A DNA stretch of 63,726 nucleotides, filler included, from an uncultured Acidimicrobiia bacterium (GCA_964347285.1; 7 parts of 4 records of this genome joined end to end with filler, not necessarily neighbours in it), one strand, 5' to 3'; counted from the first letter of the whole stretch, positions 10,156 through 19,942 are shown. Made by a program: numbers and translations. Notes: generated by a model from the sequence alone, not told the origin.

Positions 10156-11580
10156 ATGCGCACGCTGATCAAGAACGGCTCCGTCGTCGCCGCAGATGGC
10201 ACGACCGAAGCCGACGTTCTGGTGGATGGGGAGACGGTCGTCGGCATCGCCGCGCCGGGTGAACACCCCTGGGAGGAGGGCGCCGACACCGTCCTGGACG
10301 CCTCGGGCAAATACGTCATCCCCGGCGCCATCGACGTCCACACCCATTTCGAACTGCCCTTTGGGGGCACCTTCGTCTCCGACGACTTCGAGACCGGCAC
10401 CAGAGCCGCTGCTCACGGAGGGACCACCACCATCGTGGACTTCGCGGTGCAGGTGAAGGGGGAGACGGTGATGGACGGCTTCGAGAACTGGATGAAGAAG
10501 GCCGAGGGAAACTGCGCGATCGACTACGGGTTCCACATGATCGTGGGCGACATCAACGAGTCGTCGCTCAAGGAGATGGAAGCGATCGTCAACGAGGGGG
10601 TCACCAGCTTCAAGCTGTTCATGGCCTATCCCGGAGTCCTCTACTCGGACGACGGCGAGATCTTCCGGGCGATGCAGCAAGCCGCCAAGGACGGCACGAC
10701 GATCATGATGCACGCCGAGAACGGCATAGCCATCGATGTGCTGCGGGAGCAGGCGGTGGAACGCGGCGAGACCGATCCCAAGTACCACACGGTTACCCGG
10801 CCGCCGACCACCGAGTCGGAGGCGGTGCACCGGGCCCTCGTCCTTGCCGAGCTGGCGGGGTGCCCCCTGTACATCGTCCACATGTCGGCCAAGGAGGCCG
10901 TGATGGAGCTGACTGCGGCCCGCGACCGGGGCCGAAACGCGTTCGGCGAGACGTGTCCGCACTACATGCTCTGCTCCTGGGAGGAGCACGTTTCGGCCCC
11001 GGGCTTCGAGGGCGCCAAGTACGTGTGCTCGACCCCCATTCGTCCCAAGGCCGAAGGCCACCAGGAGTACCTCTGGAACGCCCTGGCCCGCGGCGACTTG
11101 CAGATCGTGTCCACCGATCACGCCGGCTTCTTCTACGAGGACGACGAGACCCTGGGCCGCCAGAAGCGTCTCGGAGAAGGCAACTTCACCCTCATTCCCA
11201 ACGGCCTGCCCGGAGTGGAGGAACGGTTGAACGTCATGTACCAGGGCGGAGTGGTCGAGGGCCGGCTGAGCCTCAACCGCTGGGTGGAGGTGTGCTGCAC
11301 CAATCCCGCCCGGATGTTCGGCATGTATCCGAAGAAGGGCACCATCGCCCCGGGTTCGGACGCCGACATCGTGATCTACGATCCGAGTGCCTCATTCACC
11401 TATTCGGCCGATACGATTCACATGAACGTGGACTACACCGCCTACGAGGGCATGGAGATCAACGGCAAGCCCGAGGTCGTCATGGCGCGCGGCAAAGTGA
11501 TCGTTCAGGACGACACGTATCTGGGCAAGAAAGGCAACGGGCAGTACCTCAAGCGGGGTCTCAGCCAGATGCTCATCTGA
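10156..11580 (+). CDS. hydA: Dihydropyrimidinase
   Basis: 'PGAIDVHTH', 'SFKLFMAY', 'MHAENG', 'STDH', 'IPNGLPGVEER' amidohydrolase motifs. Confidence 0.93.
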   Translation: MRTLIKNGSVVAADGTTEADVLVDGETVVGIAAPGEHPWEEGADTVLDASGKYVIPGAIDVHTHFELPFGGTFVSDDFETGTRAAAHGGTTTIVDFAVQVKGETVMDGFENWMKKAEGNCAIDYGFHMIVGDINESSLKEMEAIVNEGVTSFKLFMAYPGVLYSDDGEIFRAMQQAAKDGTTIMMHAENGIAIDVLREQAVERGETDPKYHTVTRPPTTESEAVHRALVLAELAGCPLYIVHMSAKEAVMELTAARDRGRNAFGETCPHYMLCSWEEHVSAPGFEGAKYVCSTPIRPKAEGHQEYLWNALARGDLQIVSTDHAGFFYEDDETLGRQKRLGEGNFTLIPNGLPGVEERLNVMYQGGVVEGRLSLNRWVEVCCTNPARMFGMYPKKGTIAPGSDADIVIYDPSASFTYSADTIHMNVDYTAYEGMEINGKPEVVMARGKVIVQDDTYLGKKGNGQYLKRGLSQMLI

Positions 11581-11591
11581 GCGGAGGAGCT

Positions 11592-13079
11592 ATGAACCTG
11601 GTCACTCACTGGATCAACGGCAAGCCGTACGACGGAACTCCGGAGCGCACCGGCCCGGTGTTCAATCCCGCTTCGGGGGAGCAGACCAAGGAAGTTGCTT
11701 TCGCATCGCCCGACGTGGTCGACCTGGCGGTGCAGGCGGCCCGGGACGCTTTCGAGACCTGGAGGGATACATCGCTGGCCAAGCGGAGCAAGATCATGTT
11801 CACCTTTCGCGACCTGGTGGACACCCACAGCGAGGAGATGGCCCGGATCCTCGTCGAAGAGCACGGAAAGGTGATCAACGACGCCCGAGGAGAGATCCAG
11901 CGGGGCTTGGAGAACATCGAGTTCGCCTGCGGCATCAGCGAGCTCATCAAGGGCGGGTTCTCCGAGAACGTGTCGACCAATGTCGACAGTTACTCGATCC
12001 GTCAACCGCTCGGGGTGGTGGCCGGGATCACCCCCTTCAACTTCCCGGCCATGGTTCCGATGTGGATGTACCCCAACGCCATCGCCTGCGGCAACACCTT
12101 TGTGCTCAAGCCGTCGGAGAAGGACCCTTCCGCCTCGATGCTCTCCGCCGAGCTGCTGGCCGAGGCCGGGCTACCCGACGGGGTGTTCAACGTGGTCCAC
12201 GGCGACAAGGTGGCCGTCGACGGCATCCTGGAGCACCCGGACATCCAGGCCGTCAGCTTCGTCGGTTCGACGCCGATCGCCCGCTACATCTACGAGACCG
12301 GCACGGCCGCCGGCAAGCGGGTCCAGGCGCTGGGTGGGGCCAAGAACCACATGATCGTGCTGCCCGACGCCGACATGGACCTGGCGGCCGATGCCGCCGT
12401 GAATTCCGGTTTCGGCTCGGCGGGGGAGCGGTGCATGGCCATCTCGGTGCTGGTGACCGTCGGGGACGCCGCCGACCGGCTGATGCCCAAGATAAAGGAG
12501 CGGATGAAGGCAGTGAAGGTGGCCCCGGGCACCGAAGAAGACGCCGACATGGGGCCGCTGGTCACGGAGGCTCACCGGGACCGGGTCCGGGGCTATATCG
12601 ACTCCGGCGTCGAGGAAGGGGCCGTCCTCGTCGAGGACGGTCGCCCGCTCGCCGAGGAAGAGGAGGGCTTCTTCTTGGGCCCGACCCTGTTCGACAATGT
12701 CACCCCCGACATGAAGATCTACCAGGACGAGATCTTTGGGCCGGTGTTGTCGACGGTGCGGGTCGATAGCTACGCCGAGGCGATCGAGCTGCTCGACGCC
12801 AACCCATGGGCCAACGGCGTGGCGATCTTCACCAACGACGGTGGGGCGGCCCGTAAGTTCCAGAACGAGGTGAACGTCGGCATGGTGGGCATCAACGTGC
12901 CCATCCCGGTTCCCACCGCCTACTACTCGTTCGGGGGGTGGAAAGCCAGCCTGTTCGGTGATGCCCACATGTACGGCCCCGAGGGCGTCAACTTCTACAC
13001 CCGGGGCAAGGTGGTCACGAGTCGCTGGCCCGACCCGTCGGCACGGGGCAAGAACCTGGGCTTTCCCCAGCACGATTAA
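11592..13079 (+). CDS. mmsA: CoA-acylating (methyl)malonate-semialdehyde dehydrogenase
   Basis: 'ITPFNFPAMVPMW', 'SFVGSTPIA', 'QALGGAKNH', 'GERCMAIS', 'GMVGINVPIPVP'; GGAGG RBS before ATG 11592. Confidence 0.93.
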   Translation: MNLVTHWINGKPYDGTPERTGPVFNPASGEQTKEVAFASPDVVDLAVQAARDAFETWRDTSLAKRSKIMFTFRDLVDTHSEEMARILVEEHGKVINDARGEIQRGLENIEFACGISELIKGGFSENVSTNVDSYSIRQPLGVVAGITPFNFPAMVPMWMYPNAIACGNTFVLKPSEKDPSASMLSAELLAEAGLPDGVFNVVHGDKVAVDGILEHPDIQAVSFVGSTPIARYIYETGTAAGKRVQALGGAKNHMIVLPDADMDLAADAAVNSGFGSAGERCMAISVLVTVGDAADRLMPKIKERMKAVKVAPGTEEDADMGPLVTEAHRDRVRGYIDSGVEEGAVLVEDGRPLAEEEEGFFLGPTLFDNVTPDMKIYQDEIFGPVLSTVRVDSYAEAIELLDANPWANGVAIFTNDGGAARKFQNEVNVGMVGINVPIPVPTAYYSFGGWKASLFGDAHMYGPEGVNFYTRGKVVTSRWPDPSARGKNLGFPQHD

Positions 13080-14081
13080 ATGGATTTCGGCGTCGTCCTC
13101 CAGACTGATCCCCCCGTGTCCCGGGTCCTCGAGCTGGCCGAACGGGCGGCCGGCAACGGCTTCGGCTACGGCTGGACGTTCGACTCACACGTGCTGTGGC
13201 AAGAGCCGTTTGTGATCTACAGCCGGATGCTGGCTGAGACCGAAGACATGATCGTGGGGCCGCTGGTCACCAACCCGGGGACCCGGGACTGGACGGTGCT
13301 GGCCTCGCTGTTCGCCACGCTGAACGACATGTACGGGGGGCGGACGATCTGCGGTATGGGCCGGGGCGACTCGGCGCTGCGCTACATCGGACGCAAGCCC
13401 ACCACTCTGGCGACGATGGAGGAAGCCATCGAGGTGGTCAAGGGCCTCGTGGCCGGTCGGGAGGTCGACTACCGCGGCTACCCGGTCCGGATCCCCTGGG
13501 TTGGAGATGGGTGGGATCTCCCCATGTATGTCGCCGGCTACGGTCCCAAGGCGCTCGACCTCATCGGGCGCAAGGCCGACGGCTTCGTTCTCCAGCTGGC
13601 CGACCCGCAGATCCTCGAGTGGACGCTGAGCTCGGTCAGAGAGAGTGCCGGAGCGGCCGGGCGCGACCCGGCCGAGGTCAAGGTCCTGGTGGCGGCACCG
13701 GCCTACGTGGGCGACAACCTCGAGGACCAGCGCGACCAGCTGCGCTGGTTCGGCGGGATGGTGGGCAATCACGTGGTCGACCTCGTCAATCGCTACGGGG
13801 AGGACGAGACCAAGGTGCCCAAGGCCCTCAGCGACTACATCAGGGCCCGCAAGGCCTACGACTACGCCCACCACGGCCGGGCCGGCAACCCGAGCACGAA
13901 CTTCGTGAGCGACGACATTGTCGACCGCTTCTGCGTGCTGGGACCGGCCGCCGATCACATCGCCAAGCTGTCGGAGCTCAGGGACATCGGCTGCGACCAG
14001 TTCGCCATCTACCTGATGCACGATGCCCAGGAGGAGACCCTCGACGCCTACGGCCGGGAGATCATTCCGGCGTTGGCCTAA
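13080..14081 (+). CDS. LLM-class putative F420-dependent oxidoreductase (TIGR03842-like)
   Basis: 'MDFGVVLQTDPP...WTFDSHVLWQEP...VTNPGTRDWTV...GRGDSA...WFGGMVGNHV'; abuts mmsA stop. Confidence 0.85.
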   Translation: MDFGVVLQTDPPVSRVLELAERAAGNGFGYGWTFDSHVLWQEPFVIYSRMLAETEDMIVGPLVTNPGTRDWTVLASLFATLNDMYGGRTICGMGRGDSALRYIGRKPTTLATMEEAIEVVKGLVAGREVDYRGYPVRIPWVGDGWDLPMYVAGYGPKALDLIGRKADGFVLQLADPQILEWTLSSVRESAGAAGRDPAEVKVLVAAPAYVGDNLEDQRDQLRWFGGMVGNHVVDLVNRYGEDETKVPKALSDYIRARKAYDYAHHGRAGNPSTNFVSDDIVDRFCVLGPAADHIAKLSELRDIGCDQFAIYLMHDAQEETLDAYGREIIPALA

Positions 14082-14749
14082 CCGCGCCAGAACTCACCGG
14101 TGAGGCCGACGGAGCCGAGTGCTGCCTGCACCTCGGCCCCGGTCTTGGGCCGCCACTTCACGCTCATGCGGTCGGCGTACCAGACCCGCCCCAGGTCGAA
14201 GGCTTGCCGGATCGGTACCAGCTCGCCGACGGGAAGATGTGTCTGCGCCGACCAGGAGGAGGCGTGCTCTTCCGACCGGAAGAGCAGAATCGTCGATCAG
14301 GTGAAGCCGATGTCGTCCCAGAACAGGGAGGGGGGCACCACGAACTGGACGAACCCGTCGTCGCCGTGCAAGACACCTTCTACCACCTCGAGCTGGAAGG
14401 GCCGTCCGCAGTCGGGACAGGCGGTGTGGATGGCGGCATCGACGCCCAGCATCGGAGGAATGGCGAGGGCATCCCACGCACAGTTGGCCCACCACGAGGT
14501 GTCTCGACCGATGACCCGGTAGGCGGTCGGTCGGGCCGAGAACGGGTGGGCCATCCATATCTCGGCGGTGGCGGGGAACAGGGCCAGGGCGTGCCGGTCC
14601 GCCAGCCGTCGGCGAGCGGCGGCGATCTCGTCCTCATCGGCGTCGAGGGCCTCGGCATCCTCGGCGATGGTCGGCGGGCGGCCCGTTTGCGCGAATTGGC
14701 GGTAGATCGAGGCCCGGAGCTGCCAGTCGAATGCGGTGCCCACGTTCAC
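14078..14749 (-). CDS. Organomercurial lyase (MerB)-like protein, predicted selenoprotein (in-frame TGA 14297-14299)
   Basis: 'MAHPFS..PT', 'WANCAWDAL', 'CPDC', 'FWDDIGFT-TGA-STILLFRSEEH...WYADR...GLTGEFWRG-TAG'; SECIS-like hairpin follows TGA; start may be 14743. Confidence 0.8.
14265..14286 (-). other. Bacterial SECIS-like hairpin
   Basis: UGCUCUUCC-GGUC-GGAAGAGCA, perfect 9-bp stem beginning at position +11 after the in-frame UGA. Confidence 0.75.
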
Positions 14750-14792
14750 CGCATCGTATCGAAGATCCCTCTCCGTCTGCCATGCTGAGCGG

Positions 14793-15686
14793 GTGACACC
14801 GTCCCGCATCGACGCGGCGCTGGATGCACTCGAAGGCCTGAGCGTCGGCGACGCGTTCGGCGAGCGGTTCTTCGCTCCGGCAATGGAACAGATGCTCGCC
14901 GGGCGCCGACTTCCGGATCCACCGTGGGCCTGGACCGACGACACCAACATGGCCTGTTCGGTCACCGCGGTCCTGCGCGTGGAGGGAGAAGTCGACCAGG
15001 ATGCCCTGGCTCTGAGTTTTGCCCGCCATTACGAGCCCGGACGCGGCTACGGAGCGGCGATGCATGGCGCCCTGGCCGAGATCGGGAAGGGTCGCCACTG
15101 GAGCGAGGTAGCCGGGTCGCTGTTCGGCGGCGAGGGCTCGTACGGCAATGGTGCCGCGATGCGGGTGGCCCCGGTAGGCGCCTTCTTCGCCGATGATCTC
15201 GAGGCGGCGACCGAACAGGCGAGGCGATCGGCAGCGGTGACCCACGCCCACCCCGAAGCGGCCGCCGGGGCGGTGGCAGTGGCGGTGGCCGCCGCCCTGG
15301 CCGTGGGTTCTCGAGGAGGCGACCGGCCGGGTCCTCCGGATTTCATCCGCGAGGTCCGCGACCACGTTCCCGATAGCGACGTGGCGGCCCGGCTGGGGAC
15401 GGCGGCATCGCTCCCCGGCACTACCTCGGTCGAGGAGGCGGTGCTGGTCCTGGGGAACGGATCGTACGTGTCGTGCCAGGACACCGTCCCTTTCGCCTTG
15501 TGGTGCGCGGCGTGGAATCTGGACGACTACCCGGCCGCCCTGTGGCGCACCGTGAGCGGCCTCGGTGACCGCGACACCACCTGCGCCATCGCCGGGGGCG
15601 TGGTGGGATCCCGGATGGGACGGGAAGGCCTGCCTCTCTTCTGGCGAGAGGCCCGGGAGCCGCTGCCGCAGTGGGCGACGATGTAG
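14793..15686 (+). CDS. ADP-ribosylglycohydrolase family protein
   Basis: 'GLSVGDAFG', 'WTDDT', 'GNGAAMRVAP', 'TH.HP', 'GDRDTT'. Confidence 0.9.
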   Translation: MTPSRIDAALDALEGLSVGDAFGERFFAPAMEQMLAGRRLPDPPWAWTDDTNMACSVTAVLRVEGEVDQDALALSFARHYEPGRGYGAAMHGALAEIGKGRHWSEVAGSLFGGEGSYGNGAAMRVAPVGAFFADDLEAATEQARRSAAVTHAHPEAAAGAVAVAVAAALAVGSRGGDRPGPPDFIREVRDHVPDSDVAARLGTAASLPGTTSVEEAVLVLGNGSYVSCQDTVPFALWCAAWNLDDYPAALWRTVSGLGDRDTTCAIAGGVVGSRMGREGLPLFWREAREPLPQWATM

Positions 15687-15733
15687 GCGGCGATGTAGAG
15701 GGCTCCGGGCCGGGGCGGCCGTACACTCCGGGG

Positions 15734-17590
15734 GTGCGCCGCCCCGAGCCCTCCGAGATTCCCGATGCGCCCGGCGTCTATCTCTTCCGAGATCGCCACG
15801 GACAGGTGCTGTACGTGGGCAAGGCGCTGTCGCTGCGCAAGCGGGTGGCCAACTACTTCGGGGCGGGTCTCCAGCCGCGCACCAAGACGATGGTCGAAGC
15901 GGCCGACGACGTCGAGTGGATCGTCACCGACGGCGAGGTGGGGGCCTTGCACCTGGAGAATGCGCTGATCAAACAGCACCAGCCCCGCTTCAACATTCGG
16001 CTGCGGGACGACAAGAGCTTTCCCTACCTGGCGATCACACGTGCCGATGAGTGGCCCCGGGCCACGGTGCTGAGGGGCCGCAAGCGCAAGAACACCCAGT
16101 ACTTTGGTCCCTACGCCCACGCCTACGCCATTCGCCATACGCTCGACCTACTGCTGCGGACTTTCCCGGTGCGCACCTGCTCGGACGGCAAATACCGGCA
16201 CCACGAGGCCCTGGGCCGTCCCTGTCTCCTCTACCACATCGAGCGCTGTTCTGGGCCGTGCATCGGCGAGGTGACGCCGGAGACCTACCGGGAGCACGTC
16301 GACGGGCTGGCGGACTTCCTCGACGGCGACAGCCGGGGGATGGTCGATGCCCTGACCGCCGCCATGCGCCAGGCCTCCGATGCGTTGGCGTACGAACAGG
16401 CGGCCCGGCTTCGGGATCAGCTGGTGTCGGTCGAGAAAGCATTGGCCCGCCAGGAGATCGTCACCGAGCGCAAGGAGGACTTCGATCTCCTGGCTCTCGA
16501 AGAAGACGATCTGGAAGCGGTGGTAGTCGTGCTCAACGTCCGCCGGGGACGGGTCGTGGGAAGGGCCACCACCGTGGTGGACAAGGTCGAGGACGTCACC
16601 ACCGGCGAACTGATAGCCCGGATGATCAGCCAGCTCTACGGGGACGAGCCCCCTCCGTCCCAGGTGTTGGTCCAGGAGGCGCCCGAGGACGCCGCGCTGT
16701 GGGAGGCGTGGCTGGCGGAACGCCGCTCCTCCGGAGTCTCGCTGCGGGTTCCCCGGCGTGGATCGAAACGGAGCCTACTGGACACGGCCCGCACCAATGC
16801 CCGTGAGGAGTTCGCCCGGCACCGGCTCCGCCGTCAGAGTGATCACAACGCCCGGGCCCGGGCCCTCCGCAGCCTCCAGGAGTCCCTCGATCTCCCCGAA
16901 AGCCCGCTTCGCATAGAGGCCTACGACATCGCCACCATCCAGGGCCGGGACACCGTCGGTTCGATGGTGGTGCTCGAGGACGGACAGCCCCGCCGGGGCC
17001 AGTACCGTCGTTTTCGCGTTCGGAGTGTCGCCGGCCAGGACGACTTCGCTGCGATGGAAGAGGTCCTCAGCCGCCGCTTTCACAACTACCTGGCCGAGCG
17101 GGACCGGCCCCTCGAGGAAAGGGGACGGTTCGCCTATCCGCCCTCGCTCGTTCTGGTCGACGGCGGAGCAGGCCAGGTGAGTAGAGCTGTCAAAGTGCTC
17201 GACGAACTCGATCTCGACATCCCCGTCGCCGGCCTGGCCAAGCGGATGGAAGAGGTCTACCTGCCGGGACGGTCCGATCCGCTGCGGATTCCGCGGGGCG
17301 AGGAGGCGCTGTACATCCTCCAGAGGGTTCGCGACGAGGCGCACCGCTTCGCCAACGCCTACCACGCCAAGCTTCGAGGCAAGCGGATGGTGGACTCCAT
17401 TCTGGACTCCGCTCCCGGGATCGGCCCGGCCCGCAAGAAGGCCCTGCTGCGCAGCTTCGGTTCACTGAAACGCCTCCGGGAGGCCGGCCGGGACGAGCTG
17501 GCCGAAGTGGTACCGCGCCGAGTGGCCGAGGATCTCTATAACGTGTTGCACGGCGAGGAGGCGCATGCAGCGAACCGCATACCAGACTGA
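15734..17590 (+). CDS. uvrC: Excinuclease ABC subunit C
   Basis: 'PGVYLF...LYVGKA..LRKRV..YF', 'RIEAYDI', 'DGGAGQ', 'RDEAHRFA', HhH 'GIGPARKK'; TACACT -10 six nt before GTG. Confidence 0.96.
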   Translation: MRRPEPSEIPDAPGVYLFRDRHGQVLYVGKALSLRKRVANYFGAGLQPRTKTMVEAADDVEWIVTDGEVGALHLENALIKQHQPRFNIRLRDDKSFPYLAITRADEWPRATVLRGRKRKNTQYFGPYAHAYAIRHTLDLLLRTFPVRTCSDGKYRHHEALGRPCLLYHIERCSGPCIGEVTPETYREHVDGLADFLDGDSRGMVDALTAAMRQASDALAYEQAARLRDQLVSVEKALARQEIVTERKEDFDLLALEEDDLEAVVVVLNVRRGRVVGRATTVVDKVEDVTTGELIARMISQLYGDEPPPSQVLVQEAPEDAALWEAWLAERRSSGVSLRVPRRGSKRSLLDTARTNAREEFARHRLRRQSDHNARARALRSLQESLDLPESPLRIEAYDIATIQGRDTVGSMVVLEDGQPRRGQYRRFRVRSVAGQDDFAAMEEVLSRRFHNYLAERDRPLEERGRFAYPPSLVLVDGGAGQVSRAVKVLDELDLDIPVAGLAKRMEEVYLPGRSDPLRIPRGEEALYILQRVRDEAHRFANAYHAKLRGKRMVDSILDSAPGIGPARKKALLRSFGSLKRLREAGRDELAEVVPRRVAEDLYNVLHGEEAHAANRIPD

Positions 17591-18047
17591 GTACGGGACC
17601 GGCTGGGTGGTCCTAAACGAAGAGGAACTCGTGGAAATCGTCCTCCCCGGGGCGGCGCCGCCCCAGGCCGAAGACAGCGCCCCGGGGGCCGCGGCCCACC
17701 TCGTCGAGTGCCTCGAGCAGTACTACTCCGGGAACGCCATGTGGATCTACCGCCCCGATTTCGCCGAAGCGGCCGCCAACACTCCGTTTCAGCGCGAGAT
17801 CTACAAGGTCGTTGCCGGCATCCGTCCCGGTGAGACCATGTCGTACGGCGAGGTGGCGGAGGCGGCCGGCCGACCCGGAGCGGCTCGGGCGGTGGGGACG
17901 GCAATGGCCCGCAATCCGTACCCACCCATCATCCCCTGCCACCGGGTCGTGGCCGCCGACGGGGGACTGGGAGGCTACGGCGGCGGTGTCGAGATGAAGG
18001 CCAGCATGCTGGAACGGGAGCAGGAGGCGAAGCCGCTCCGTGCCTGA
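17565..18047 (+). CDS. ogt: Methylated-DNA-protein-cysteine methyltransferase
   Basis: 'SYGEVA...ARAVGTAMARNP..IIPCHRV' active-site motif. Confidence 0.9.
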   Translation: MQRTAYQTEYGTGWVVLNEEELVEIVLPGAAPPQAEDSAPGAAAHLVECLEQYYSGNAMWIYRPDFAEAAANTPFQREIYKVVAGIRPGETMSYGEVAEAAGRPGAARAVGTAMARNPYPPIIPCHRVVAADGGLGGYGGGVEMKASMLEREQEAKPLRA

Positions 18048-18903
18048 GCTGCCGCGTCTCGTCGTGATCACCGGCATGTCCGGTGCCGGACGGTCCCAGG
18101 CCGCCAAGTTCCTGGAAGACCTCGGCTATGGGGTGGTCGACAATCTCCCCCCTGAGTTCATCACCGATGTGGTCGCTCACGTCGATCTGGACCAGCGCCC
18201 CCGTGCCCGGCTCGCCGTGGTCGTCGACACCCGGCGCGGCCTCACCTTCGAGGAACTCGAGGACGCCCTGCGACAGCTTTCTGCTTCGGGAGTTCACACC
18301 ACGGTCCTGTTCCTCGACGCCGACGATCAGACGTTGCTGGATCGCTACTCCGAGAACCGCCGCCCCCATCCCGTCGCCGCCCCTTCGCTCTCCGAATCCA
18401 TCGCCTTGGAACGCAAAGCGCTCGAAGAACTGCGGGGCGAAGCCGACATCGTGATCGACACCACCGCCCGGACCGTCCCCGAGCTACACAAGATGCTGGA
18501 GGATGCCTTTGCCGCCGATCGCCGGGAGCGCTCCATGCAGATCTCGGTGGTGTCTTTTGGATTCAAGCGAGGCCTGCCCCGGACCCTCGACCTGCTGTTC
18601 GACGTCCGGTTCCTGCCGAATCCCTACTGGGTACCCGAGCTCCAAACCCTCACCGGACACGACCCGGCCGTACGCGACTACGTCCTCGGAAGCGAGGATG
18701 CCGCTCAGTTCATCGATCGGGCCCACGGTCTCCTGTCGTTCCTGGTGCCCCGCTACATGGCCGAGGGCAAGGCCTACCTGACCATCGGGATCGGTTGTAC
18801 CGGCGGTCAGCATCGTTCGGTGGTCATCGCCGATGAGGTGACGAAGCGGCTTCGGGAGGAGGGCTTCGACGTCAGCGTGAGCGATCGGGACGTGGCGGAG
18901 TGA
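18040..18903 (+). CDS. rapZ: RNase adapter / P-loop protein RapZ (YvcJ)
   Basis: 'ITGMSGAGRS', 'VDNLP', 'SFGFKRG', 'DVRFLPNPYW', 'GCTGGQHRSV'. Confidence 0.95.
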   Translation: MPELPRLVVITGMSGAGRSQAAKFLEDLGYGVVDNLPPEFITDVVAHVDLDQRPRARLAVVVDTRRGLTFEELEDALRQLSASGVHTTVLFLDADDQTLLDRYSENRRPHPVAAPSLSESIALERKALEELRGEADIVIDTTARTVPELHKMLEDAFAADRRERSMQISVVSFGFKRGLPRTLDLLFDVRFLPNPYWVPELQTLTGHDPAVRDYVLGSEDAAQFIDRAHGLLSFLVPRYMAEGKAYLTIGIGCTGGQHRSVVIADEVTKRLREEGFDVSVSDRDVAE

Positions 18904-18913
18904 GGGGGCGGCA

Positions 18914-19891
18914 GTGAGGCCGATGGAGACCGCCACCGATCCCTTTCTCGAGGCACTCGAGGCCGACCTCGAGGCTCCGGCGGTGACGGCATTGGGGGGC
19001 GGCCACGGCCTGGCCCGGGCCCTGGAAGCCATACAGCTGTACACATCTGACGTGTCGGCGGTCGTCAGTGTCGCCGACGACGGCGGGTCATCGGGTCGGT
19101 TGGCACCGGCTCTCGGCATACCGCCTCCGGGTGACATACGCCGCTGCCTGGTGGCGCTCACCCCCGACCAGTCCTCCTGGCGCGACCTGTTCGAGTTCCG
19201 CTTCGAGGGTGGCGATGTCGAAGGACATTCGCTCGGCAACTTCATGATCGTCGCCCTGGCGTCTCTCACCGGAGGCTTCGAAGAAGGGGTGTTGGAGGCG
19301 GAGAGGTGCCTCGGCTCGATCGGCTCGGTGATCCCCGTGGCGCTGGAGGCCATGCGGCTGCGGGCGATCATCGACGACGCCCCGGTCGAAGGGCAGCTGG
19401 CCATTGCCCGGCATCGGGGCGCACTCTCGTCGATCGAAGTCCTTCCCAAGGGGGTCGAGGGCAATCCGCGGGCGGTGGAAGCGATCCGGCGTGCCGAACA
19501 GATCGTGCTGGGGCCCGGCAGTTTGTTCACGTCGACCATCGCCACGCTTCTCGTGGACGGCATCGCCGAGGCCGTCAATGCCTCGGACGCCGTCTTGGTA
19601 TACGTCTGCAACCTGGTCACCCAGGACGGAGAGACGCTCGGCTTGGGGGCCGGCGCCCATTTGGATGCCCTGCGGGAGGTGGCCGGCATCAGGTCGCCGG
19701 ACGTAGTGGTGGCCAACCGGACCCCCATCGAAGTGCCCGAGCCTCACGAGGCCCTGCACCTCGGGGAGGACGAGATGGCCGGGCGGGTCGGCGAGCTGGT
19801 CAGCGCCGAACTGGTCGACCACACCCAAGACTGGCCGTACCACCACCCCAATCGGCTGGCGGCAGTGTTGTCGGCGCTGACCCCCGGCTGA
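18914..19891 (+). CDS. yvcK: YvcK/CuvA family gluconeogenesis factor
   Basis: 'GGGHGL', 'DDGGSSG', 'PPGDIRRCL', 'GHSLGN', 'GPGSLFTS'; follows rapZ. Confidence 0.92.
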   Translation: MRPMETATDPFLEALEADLEAPAVTALGGGHGLARALEAIQLYTSDVSAVVSVADDGGSSGRLAPALGIPPPGDIRRCLVALTPDQSSWRDLFEFRFEGGDVEGHSLGNFMIVALASLTGGFEEGVLEAERCLGSIGSVIPVALEAMRLRAIIDDAPVEGQLAIARHRGALSSIEVLPKGVEGNPRAVEAIRRAEQIVLGPGSLFTSTIATLLVDGIAEAVNASDAVLVYVCNLVTQDGETLGLGAGAHLDALREVAGIRSPDVVVANRTPIEVPEPHEALHLGEDEMAGRVGELVSAELVDHTQDWPYHHPNRLAAVLSALTPG

Positions 19892-19942
19892 GAGAATCTC
19901 GGGTAGCTTTGGGGGCAAATAGGGACCAGAAGGGGGCAGAGA

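Noticed and set aside
10860..13079. 739-aa ORF suggesting an N-terminally extended MmsA
   Set aside because: The extension is a shadow frame over hydA; the true start is the RBS-led ATG 11592
14793..15686. ADP-ribosylglycohydrolase as part of a toxin-antitoxin or defence system
   Set aside because: No ADP-ribosyltransferase or toxin partner nearby; no functional link to the divergent MerB-like gene can be shown
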